A stretch of 64,000 bases of DNA from Vicugna vicugna (taxonomy: Eukaryota), in assembly GCA_013265495.1 (NCBI GenBank), contig MU059330.1:8612990-8676989 (forward strand), in the 5' to 3' direction. A program made the position numbers and the translations under genes. The notes below the pieces were generated by a model, which was given only the letters and a program-made list of their open reading frames with translations, was not told the DNA's origin and ran no database searches. Shown in pieces: positions 37,488-47,889 of the stretch. The number at the start of each line of letters is the position of its first letter. Position 1 is the first letter of the stretch.

Positions 37488-38145
37488 AGAAATCTTGCTG
37501 CTCTGGAGGCAGAGTACTGCTGTCTAGTCTCTAATGAATCTTTCTAGAACTTTCTTCTGATACCTTCTCCAGACAAGTCCTGGACATCTAGGCTCTGCCC
37601 ACCACCATAATCTTTACTTTACTTTGATCCTCTCAAAATTTACTCTGTATCTGGGAGTGTTAAGCTCTTTAAAAATACAGGTAACTGTTAATGATTATTA
37701 ATGTGGAAATGCATCTGCGTCAGAAATGGTCCCAGTAGTCACCGTCTAACAAGTGCAGAAAAAGAAAAGAAATTAAGAATTTTGTGCATTTATTTAAAAG
37801 TGTTCCTTCAAAATCCCTTGTCAGTGTACCATGGTGATCAGAAAGCTGCTTAAACACCTACTCAGTTATATAGGGTAATATTCAATGTGTTTATGAATTT
37901 GCAATCACTAGAGTTTTAGGTTTCCTGGAGATTTCAATTTTTCTAGCTCCTGGACACTTCCCTGTCTAAAATTTAAAAGTAGAATTTCTGATGAAAGCTC
38001 AGAAACAGACTGGTCTGAAAACCTACCAACCTCATGCTAATTACGAGGCAAGCCCTCAGCAAGGCAGATGATGTGACGAAGCAAGGAAATGAGAAAACAC
38101 ATTTTAAAATAACAGGGCCTTATCAGAGAGCTGAAATTCAATAGA

Positions 38146-38402
38146 CAGCTGGCCCCTGAATGATATTTGAACTGCACAGGTCCCCTTACATGCAGATTTT
38201 TATCAATTAAATACGACAATACTGCACACTCAGAGGTTGGTTGACTCTGGGATGCTGTGCTGTGGATACAGGGGAACCGCAGATAGAGAAGGACCACAGA
38301 GAACGGAAGAATGATGGAGGGCTGACTGTGAGTTACACTCCGATTTCCAGCCGCAAGAATAGTCCAGCGCCCCTAACGCTCGCATTGTTGAAGGGTCAAC
38401 TC
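38146..38402. mobile_element. TcMar-Tigger MITE (MER8/Tigger2-derived)
   Basis: Terminal inverted repeats cagctggcccctgaa and ttgaagggtcaactc, TA at the 3' flank, internal tttgaactgcacaggtcc..tacatgcagattttt. Confidence 0.82.
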
Positions 38403-38482
38403 TAACTGTCTCCTAATCATATTCTCTTCCTGAAACACTATTTATTGAGCATCCTTAAATCTTCTATTTTATTTTGTCACAG

Positions 38483-38602
38483 GCATTCAACAAGAACAAC
38501 TTGATCCTAGAGGAAAGAAACAGATACTTCAACCCTCATCTCACTGGCAAGACCTACTCTAATGCCTACTTTACGGATCTCAACAACTACGATGACTACT
38601 AA
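38483..38602 (+). CDS. SEMA5A: SEMA5A terminal coding segment (AFNKNNLILEERNRYFNPHLTGKTYSNAYFTDLNNYDDY*)
   Basis: Acceptor ttttattttgtcacag; 40 codons including TAA at 38600-38602. It is below the ORF-track cutoff and was translated by hand. Confidence 0.97.
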   Translation, partial: AFNKNNLILEERNRYFNPHLTGKTYSNAYFTDLNNYDDY

Positions 38603-41229
38603 GCGTTGACGTTTTTGGCTTCCTGTAACTCCCCGGCTCCTCGAGGCCTGCGCTCCACGACTGCCCATATCTCCAAGACTTCAGAGATGGAGTCTGGATG
38701 CATTTCAAGTGCATTTCAAGCCACCAGTGTCCCATTGCTGCCAAAAATACACGTCCTTCAAAAGAAATGAAAATCTAAATACGACATTGTGAAAATCTGG
38801 TCTCCAATTCTTGATCCTTGTTTAATGAGCTGTGGCGTGATGGGGTTTTTTTTTTCCTTGTATTCAGTCCATTTTTTCTAACAAGTCGCTTGTTTTCTTG
38901 AGCTTTTTGTAAATGTACCACCTGCGTTGGAAGGAGTCTTTAGAGATGTGAATGTTTTCTTGCTCTTGAGCGTAAATCTTCACTTTGTTTCGATTCAAGA
39001 AAATAGGCACTTTATGTGAGAGCCTTGCCACCTCCACACGGTTAATAGGACTGATGAAATGCAGGCTCTGAATGTGGCCCTACAGTGACTCACCACAGCT
39101 CTCCATCTCCTCAGTCGGGATGATACTGTGTGCGTTTGGACTTGGGATGATTCCTGCCTGAGGAAGCCCGGGGATCCAGCCTGGCTTGCATCTGCAGAGG
39201 CAGCAGTACAAGGAGTGAGTCTTGCAGCGGTTACTGTGCTGTCGTGGGGGGAGGTGAGTTACAGGGCAGAGGCACAGACGCAGGGAAGGGGGAATGCGTC
39301 TGCAGGTGGCCGCGAAGCTAGCCTTATTCTGACTTAGGGACTTCATGAGACTACAGGGAGCTCCTTGCCACACGGTTGGCCTGGAAACCCACCTGTCTGG
39401 TCTGTAGTAACATCCCAAAAAACCAATCTGTAAAATGACCACTTGTTTAGCATTTGAATAATAGACTTGACACCTCCCCTGTCTCTGCAAAGAAAGAATC
39501 TTGAACATTCATGATGCCGATGAAGAAAGTACTGAAACAGAACTGAAAACAACTTTTTTATTTTCCATGTTATGGAAAGTATGGAAAGAACTGACACTTA
39601 ATGAAAAGCAACTTCTTATTTTCCATCTCCCTGAGAGAACCAGTGTACGGCCACCAGCCCTCCCTAGAGCATCGGTGGTGTGTAAAGCTGGTCGTGGTGC
39701 ACGTGGAAGTGCTCCCCACGTACCAAGCTGTCATTTGCTGCCTCCAGGCCAGGTGAGGAGATGTTTAGCTCTGGTGCCTTTTATTTTTTTATCTCAGTGC
39801 TGCCTTCCCACCCGCCCACCACGCCTCCTCCCTGCATGGCGGCAACAGCATTTCGAGACCTACCTTGAGAAATCAGTGTATCTGGAAGTAAGGTTTTTAA
39901 TGATCCCTGTGGTTCTGAGCTTGGATCACTCATAAGCATTTCAGAGTGTTATGATACTATTCATAGTGGCCCCCAGAAGGAAAAAAAAAACAGGCTAAAT
40001 TACTCACAAAAAAAATTGATACATAACGTACGGCAGTTGGTTGAATAATTATTGAAAGTTAGAACAAGATTGCAAGTGTTCATTTGATGCCTCTGGGCGT
40101 TGTGATAGCAGCCTGGGTGGACATTAAAACATGTTCTTATTGATAAATGAACCCTCAGATCTGTGAAAACACAGCGTGGTCACCGAGGGATACAGTCTTA
40201 CTAGCTTACATGTTTTTACCCTGTCTGCTTGAAAGAAATTGGGAAATCCTGTGTTTAGTAATGAATGTGGTTGAGTTCAAAATATTCTCATATCCCCGCA
40301 TGTGAAGAACTGGCTCTACTAAAATTTAAAGTTAAATTGCAGGGGGGCTCGGGGAGGTCTGAGAGACTGCAAATGAATCACGCTCTGCGTCTGTCCGGTG
40401 GGAAGTTCACGCTGCCTCTCCCGCACGCCTTGTGCGCTGCATGCGCTTGCTCTGTCTTTAGGCCAAGGCCGCACTTAGGGGGTGAAATTTAGCCAGATAG
40501 TCTTCTAGTTGTTTTTTGGTTGGATTTCTATTGGATGCTTCAACCTGTCTCATCACTCTCCTGTAAGACAAATATTCTCACTGGGTAACTCATTTTAGCA
40601 GTTTTCTGAACCCTTCCCCCACAATATTTTCTAAGCTTAAAATGTCCTTCTGTTTCCCCTAGGAAAGAGGACACTGGTATTTTTTAACTAGCATCACTGA
40701 ACTTGATGGGAAATGCTTTCAAAATGACATCAAAGTTGGTCTTTAATCAGTCTTGTGCGATGACTAGGGGGAGCACCCTCCCCCACGGCAGGTTTTCGTG
40801 TTGCTGATTGCACCAATCTTTACTATTATCACAGCAAAGAAATTCACTCATTTCTGTTTCCTGACACTCTATTCAAAAGAAGATTGTTCTGTTCTCTCTC
40901 TCTCTCCCTCCCTTCTTCCTTCCTTGCAGCCTTCCCTCGTACTTAACAGGACATCAGTTGGTTTAGGGCAGTCTCAGCTGTGATCTGCGTGTTTTAACCA
41001 GCTGTGGGGTCCCTCGCGTTTTCCCACGACTGCACAGCTGTTGCGCACGTGTCTACGCCACCCCTCCGCACCCCTTGTTAAGCCCCCACGTGGTGGGCTC
41101 TCCAGGTGGCGCCTGCCGCTTCTGCTGGAAGCCCCTTCATGCAGCAGCTCCTCCTTAGGCTGGGATGGTTGGGGTTCCCGCCAACACTTGTCACACTTTA
41201 CATTTCTATGTGACTCCTTCGTGTCTCTC

Positions 41230-41391
41230 NNNNNNNNNNNNNNNNNNNNNNNNNNNNNNNNNNNNNNNNNNNNNNNNNNNNNNNNNNNNNNNNNNNNNNN
41301 NNNNNNNNNNNNNNNNNNNNNNNNNNNNNNNNNNNNNNNNNNNNNNNNNNNNNNNNNNNNNNNNNNNNNNNNNNNNNNNNNNNNNNNNNNN
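41230..41391. other. Assembly gap (N) inside the 3' UTR
   Basis: N run. Confidence 1.
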
Positions 41392-44300
41392 CATAGATGT
41401 TTAAGATGCATCTCTCTCAGCCTGACATTAAATGGCATTCATCATAGTTTAACTTCTAGAGCTATTTCTGGTTACAGTAGAAGTCTGGCTGGTTTTCTAA
41501 GGAAACTGGCTTTAGTCTTGCATTTGGATTGGAAGTGACTCCCACTGTTCAGGGCTTTCTCCAGACTCGCCATCCTCTAACGCCAGCCCTGCGGTGCTGC
41601 AGAATTCCCGCTCGCTGCATAGCACGAGGCCTCCCCAGAACAGCCCTGCAGATGGTGTCTCTGATGAACGTCAGGGCTCTGTCACCTGAATGACAGGGAC
41701 CCTATGAATTCCTGGCACTCTGGGGCGCAGGGCCAGGCTCTGCTACGTGGAGACCCAGCGCCCCCAGACCCGGGTGTCTCCTGCCCGTCTGGCTTTAGGT
41801 GTATTTCTGTGCTGCTGGCCCTGGAAGCTGCTGGGAGGAGCTGAGCTTCCTGCCCCTTCAGGGACATCTCGCTGAGCCTACAGGGGATGGGCATCGATAC
41901 TGGGGGGGAGAGGGCTCCCTGTGTGTGGAGGGTGCAGAGGCCCTCCAGGAGCTGCGAGGAGTAACAGGTGAGGGTCCCTGCCGTGGAGCAGCCTCTGTCC
42001 CCAAGAAGGGTCAGGCTACGGGGTCAGCGGGAACCAGGGATCTGGCCCCACGGACCCACGAGTGATGCCAAAGAGAAAGGAAGCGAATGTGGGTGGAGGG
42101 GACCGTGAGAAGGGGACCCGGTCACTCCAGCTGAGTGTTGTGGGCGGTCCTGGGCGGGGACCGTGACGGGCACGCACGGTCCTGTGGGTCTGATCCCTGG
42201 ATCCTCCGGGGCCAACGGCCCGGAGCGCAGGCGAAGGTGTCTCTGTTCCTTATTTATCTGCGGAAGGGTGACATTCATGGGAGGCAAAGCCTGTATGGGG
42301 AGTGTTCCCACTGGCGTCTTTGGTGGAGTTAGTGGGTCCCTTCAAAGTTAGGGACAGAGTCTCAGCAGGGGTCTCCAGGCGCCCAGGGGCTGCCTGAGGA
42401 CGCATTAGAGAGTGACTGCAGGTCAAGGGAGACTTCACTTAAACACGTATCAAGCCTGCTCTCAGCCATGGGTTTGCGTAAACGTTTCCTTAACGGGCAC
42501 GGAAGGAGCGGCCTTGAGGGAGCTCGCGCTTACACACACCTGACGCTCCTGGACGACGGTTCCCTCGCTGCTGGAATAAACCATACGTTTCCCAGCACTG
42601 TCAAACCACTCTCAGCGCTGACTTCCACCCGTGGTCATGAACTTTCTTTAGCCCCAGGGTGTCTTTTACACTTCTGTGGAGTTTTCTTGTGTGGCATTTT
42701 GGGGTAACTACGTTGAATTCAGTCTTTCTGTTTCAGAAGATGACTCTGGGGCACCTGTCCAGAGACAACAGGTACCCGTGGCGGATGCCCGGCTGAGCCT
42801 GCTCTGAGCAGCTGCTCTCCTTGTGCGTCATCCCGCAGCTCCGATCACCATTTTCTGTGAAGGCAGGGAATTAAATTAACAACAATCTTGAATCTTCCCA
42901 AATGCAAATTCTCCCCTCTTATTTTTTAAGATGGTACAAATTGGAGTTCACAGACCTCATTGGCTGTGTCCCGCACATTATTCCTTCTAATGTCTCTTAT
43001 TTCATGGTAATTTATGTTGACTTGGTGATTTATGGTGACGCTACCAAAAAGTGATTACCTCTGATTACCTCTGGCTTTATTATTAGACACTAGAAAGCCA
43101 TGCTGAGCCCCTTGCTTCTCTAATCAATGGGTGTGAAATAGGAGAACAGAGTAACACTCATCTTGGCCTGAGAAATGCACAAAAGGAACTGCTGACTGTT
43201 TTGCAGCACATTAGCGTGTCAGGTAAAGTATCTGGGGACCAGCGACAGTTGTGGGGTTTATTTCAGCTGTACTTTCCTACCGAGATCATTAATAATAATT
43301 GATTTAAAGATGTTTTGTAACTCTGTAAATACAGAACCAAGGCATTCTGGTGATCTATTTTGATAACCTGATAAAAGGCAAGAAAATAAATTGCTTTAAT
43401 CCTGGCCTCTTTTCTCTTTTGGAAATTGAAAAATAATGAGCAAGATGCGGAGTGGGACTATTGGCAGGGACTTTTAGAATGACTACTCCATACTCTTTTT
43501 CTATGGATTTACGTTAAAGATGCATTATAGATATTGCTGGAGCAGGTGGATCCAGGTTTTTTCTGAATGGTCATATGTTGCATCACCAAAAATTAGGTAC
43601 TTGTTGCAGAAGCATCAGGAATGGAGACGTCTTCTTTTGAAAATATAAGTTCACACTGCAAAGGGACAAGGGATATCGTCAAAACCGAATTCGGAGCCTG
43701 GCACTAAGCACTGTGCCCAGTGAAACTGCCTCATACAGTATTCTCATTTGATCAGATTAGTTCTGCCATAAAAAACAATCAGGCTTATGACCCGTGACCA
43801 GGTTCGGTACCATTCAAGCAGACACGTTTCACTTTGTTGACGTGATGGCGGTAATGAGTCAGAGATGCTTTAAGGCCTGAAAGGAGAAAGCTCGAGCCAG
43901 AAAACCACCCTGTGGCATTTCTTAAACTAACATATTGCGTCCACAATAAAATTCATTCCACCTCTTCCATGTGAGAAATCTGAGGCCACCAGTTCAAACA
44001 CGGTCCTGTTCTTTCTCAGCTTTTTGGCCACTTGAAGCCAAATGGCCCAGGTATGAGACGTATGGAAGTTCAAAATGGTTCCCATGTCAGGTAATATGAG
44101 CTGGGAGCAAAATCTGGATTCTGGAAAATCCAAACTATCCTGGCATCTTGTCACTAAGAAGAGAGCTTCGATAGGAGGTGCAGATAGCTCAATTTCCTGT
44201 ACAATGTTGCCAGTGCCTTGTTTTAAGATGGTGATTTATCACTTCATCTGGGTCTTGTTGGTTCAAAGCAGAGGACTGATTGGCTGTACTTTGAAGGAAA

Positions 44301-45047
44301 TCATTCTTAGGTGTCCTTGAACTCAGGAACAGAACTTGAACAAGAAGCACACCGCAGTCAGAGGTGACTTCTGCCGTCACACCACACACAGAGGAAGAGT
44401 GCCCTGGTGTGTTCAGAATTTAGGTGAACCCATCTCAGCCTTCCAGAAACTGACATCACTTTAATTTTACATCTTCCAAAAAAACAAACACCTTAGCATT
44501 TGTTCTGTAGTAGGAATGCCAACATGATGCCTATAGAAGGTAGAGGTTTTTGTCACTGTCCCTCTTGGGGCAAGTCTGTAGAGTCAAAAAGTCAGATACA
44601 GGCTGGTGATGGCTGCCACAGATTCGGAGGGTGGGATGAGAACCACCTGGAATATTGCCTGCTGTTTGTTTGTTTGAGGTGGAGTGTCAAAACTGCTTCA
44701 CAAGTTCACAAATTTGTCACTCAATTTGGGTTAAGAAAGTTAACGGTGTTTTCTCTGCTAAAGTTGATTTCTTTTCCCCTGTACCATGACTGTTGGCCAA
44801 AATCAAACTTGAACTTCTGCACTTTGAAAGAAAGCACAGTATGAACCTTCAACACAAGTACCTACATTCATCACCAAAATTCTACATCGTCCGCAAAGAA
44901 AATACACAAACTTGGTCCAATGTAGGGTTCTTCAAAAGTGTGTACCTAAACTTGTGTATTATGCCACTTGATGTGACTTTTGAAGACGTTACAAAATGTT
45001 AAACGCCTCATTCTGTGTTAATTTGCTGTTGCTGTTTTGTGATACAA

Positions 45048-45085
45048 AATAAACTTATTTGGGATTGTTTCATTTTTTTTCTTTG
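45048..45085 (+). terminator. Candidate proximal polyadenylation site
   Basis: AATAAA at 45048-45053 followed by ttgtttcattttttttcttt. Confidence 0.45.
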
Positions 45086-45978
45086 AACCTTCTCCCAAGC
45101 CACCTTGTGCCCTTGGTAAACTTAGAGAAAGTTACTGACCTTGAGGTTCATTTTTTAAAGGCAAAATGTATTCGTCATAATGGAGCTTTTTCAGGATGAG
45201 GTAGCACTGTCTCCCCTTCATTTGAATGAGAGAAATGGAGCTTTGGCTGCCCTGTCGGGATGCTCGTGGGTTGCCAGGCACTCCCTTGCGGGACCATTGC
45301 GGGTACCACACAGTTTCTCCGTCCTTACATTTGACTTTCAGGGTTTCATCGGAAACCTGGATGTTAGAAATGTGCAGTACAAGTTTCTAGTGGTCTTCAC
45401 TTTCATCTTTTCTGTTCATCAATTTGCTGGTCTTAAACGCTCATGTGAGAGCTGTCCAGGTCTACATCCAAGAAGGTTGTCTAGTGACACCTGACAGAGA
45501 CTCAGTTTTCAGAATCAGTTTAGGACCCCGGTTGTGGCCGGGCAGGCGGGACCTTATCTCCTGCTGCCCCGTATCAACAGTGGAAGTTCAGGGAGGGGCA
45601 GGCGGGTGACCCAGCCAGTCAGCAGACACCAGCTCTCATCCTCCCAGCCTCACCCCTGAGGAAAACAGATGTGCTCATAATGTCTAATGAGCTGGTGTCA
45701 CAGCAGTGAGACTTTCCTGCTCATCCTCTGTTCTTGGCGAATTGCCAGTTGCTAGAAACCTCGTCATCTTTTGCAAACAATAAATTCATAAAGAATAACC
45801 CCTAGTCCTGGTGACGGTCCAGCCATCTTCCTTTCATAGCAGCTCTTCCTCATCTCTATCTGCCATTTTGGGGACAAAATAAGAGAACCCTAATATGTAC
45901 AGTAAAAATTGTATTATATTTTTTGTACTTATGTTTTATGTAAATAGTTTGTCTCATTCTATTGTAAGTGAGCATTGA

Positions 45979-46025
45979 AATAAAGCCTACCGTTTAGGAA
46001 ACAGTTTGGTGGCATTTTTCTTTGC
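45979..46025 (+). terminator. Probable distal cleavage and polyadenylation site
   Basis: AATAAA at 45979-45984, upstream TGTA repeats and TGTAAATA (45939-45946), downstream gtttggtggcatttttctttg. Confidence 0.72.
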
Positions 46026-47470
46026 ATGGCCTCAAGGACCGCTGTGTCCCCAGATGTGCTGAGGCTTGATTGCTACTTGAAAGAGAGCCTTTCATGGGAG
46101 TGGCTGCAGACCGCCTCCTGAGTAAACCTCACACCCCGCTCCTGTGCGATAGGTCCTACTGCCTCTCGCGTGGAGGCCCAGACGGACCAACCAGCTTCTC
46201 GATGACTCTGGGATGATGCCGTGAACAACTTGTACAAGAATTTCTATGGCCAACAGGAAATGCGTGTTAAGAAAAACTAATCAGGTTTTTAATTTACAGA
46301 GAGTCAGTATCCTGTGCCATTGATGACCATTTTATTGTTAGATTATGTCATGTTGTCTGTAGCAAACGTATCCCATTCTTCCTTGCGTAAAACAAGGTTT
46401 TCCTAGGATGAACCACTGACTGTCAGTCAGCATGAACACAGCTGGAAGAGTCAGTGTTCATGGTCCTATGCAATCGCCCTTCCTCTCACACACGTATACA
46501 CATATACATCTCATACCGATGCGCACATGTATGTGTGATGAAGCAGACGTGTATAGTTTCACACGTGTAATTTTCAATTGACCAAAAAGCTGTAAAGCCC
46601 ATTTAATATGGGCACCAAAAATGAACATAATAAAACAAAGCTATACTAGTGAAGCGTGTTATGATTAAACTACTTTTAATGCCAACTAATGAAACATGGA
46701 TTGTTTCAACCCGTCTTTACCCAGAGAGATGATCCAGGCTCACTACAGAGTTCAGACTCTCCTGTTGGAAGGTTGGATGTCCTTTAGTGCTGAAAGAATA
46801 ATTTCCTGCAGCTTTCCGGGGAGATCTGTTCTTTCCAGGCGGACAACCCAGGAAGTTATTAACTCTGGCTGCAGATTGGTACTATCTGGGGAGTGTTTTT
46901 TTAAGACAGCACATGGATGTAGTGGCAGGAAAAGGTTCAGTGCTCCCACATCCACATCCAGATGTCAACAGCAACATCACTGTCGTGGAGGTGGCTGCAA
47001 ACCACAGACGCACTCTTCTTGAAGCCCAACCGAATGTATCCCCACCTCAGTGTCCCGACAGAACCTCCCAGAAACGCCCGCAGCCACTCTAACATCACCT
47101 AATAGAAGGGGAAATGCGATGCACAGAGAGGGAATCAGAACGGAAAGAGAAAGGGGACTTAGCTGCAGTTGAATTCTTTCCCTGATCACATTTTAGAAAC
47201 CCACACGACCGCATTGCAAGGGGCCCTGAGGCACGTGCTCTGTTACCGCTGTCGTGTTCCACGTCTGTACCGCCGGGCACAAGGTCTGCACTGGAAAATG
47301 CGAAACCCAGCCGGACCGAGACACCCGTGCCTTTGGCTCCTCCATGACAGGGAGGCGGTGCTGGGCATCCCATCCAACATGGCTCTGCCCTGATGGCTGG
47401 TGGTCCTGGGCTGCTCACTTCTCGGTGCCCCAGTCTCTCATTGGCACAGGGAGGTAATAAAACACCTATC

Positions 47471-47889
47471 CGGGGACACCTCGTTTTACTGCGCTTCACA
47501 GATTCTGTGTTTTTTTACAAACTGAAGGTTTCCAGCAATGTGTCAAGTCTCCTGGTGCCATTTTCCAACAGCATTTNNNNNNNNNNNNNNNNNNNNNNNN
47601 NNNNNNNNNNNNNNNNNNNNNNNNNNNNNNNNNNNNNNNNNNNNNNNNNNNNNNNNNNNNNNNNNNNNNNNNNNNNNNNNNNNNNNNNNNNNNNNNNNNN
47701 NNNNNNNNNNNNNNGTAATAATTTTTTTTTCAGACATAATACTATTGCACACTTAATAGACTACAGCGTAGTGTAAACCTGACTTTTACATACGCTAAGA
47801 AACCAAACATTTGTGTGACTGGCTGTATTGCGATATTCACTTTACTGCAGTGGTCTGGACCCGAATCCATGATACTTGAGGTCTGCTTG
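47471..47889 (+). mobile_element. Internally deleted Tigger1 (both ends present), spanning N gap 47577-47714
   Basis: 5' cggggacacctcgttttactgcgcttc..ttttacaaactgaaggttt; 3' tattgcacacttaatagactacag...gtggtctggacccgaa...tgaggtctgcttg followed by TA. Confidence 0.88.

Larger units (their letters stand above)
1..46000 (+). other. SEMA5A: SEMA5A gene, 3' portion (distal part of a long intron, last 7 exons, 3' UTR); upstream exons lie outside the window
   Basis: Seven GT-AG exons splice in frame to EYQPCNTNPCPELKKTTPWTPW...EFNMFHMIAVGLSSSILGCLLTLLVYTYCQRY...YFTDLNNYDDY*, which I recognise as the semaphorin-5A C-terminal part. No preceding TSR exon was seen in 1-17276. The 3' end is inferred from the poly(A) signal. 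Confidence 0.97.
38603..46000 (+). other. SEMA5A: SEMA5A 3' UTR, about 7.4 kb (end inferred)
   Basis: Follows the stop codon and ends in a U-rich block with several TGTA motifs, AATAAA at 45979-45984 and a GT/T-rich downstream element. The length agrees with my recollection of the long human SEMA5A UTR. Confidence 0.7.

Noticed and set aside
41095-41115. CTCF-like motif ctctccaggtggcgc
   Set aside because: Two mismatches in the core; not distinguishable from chance without ChIP data.
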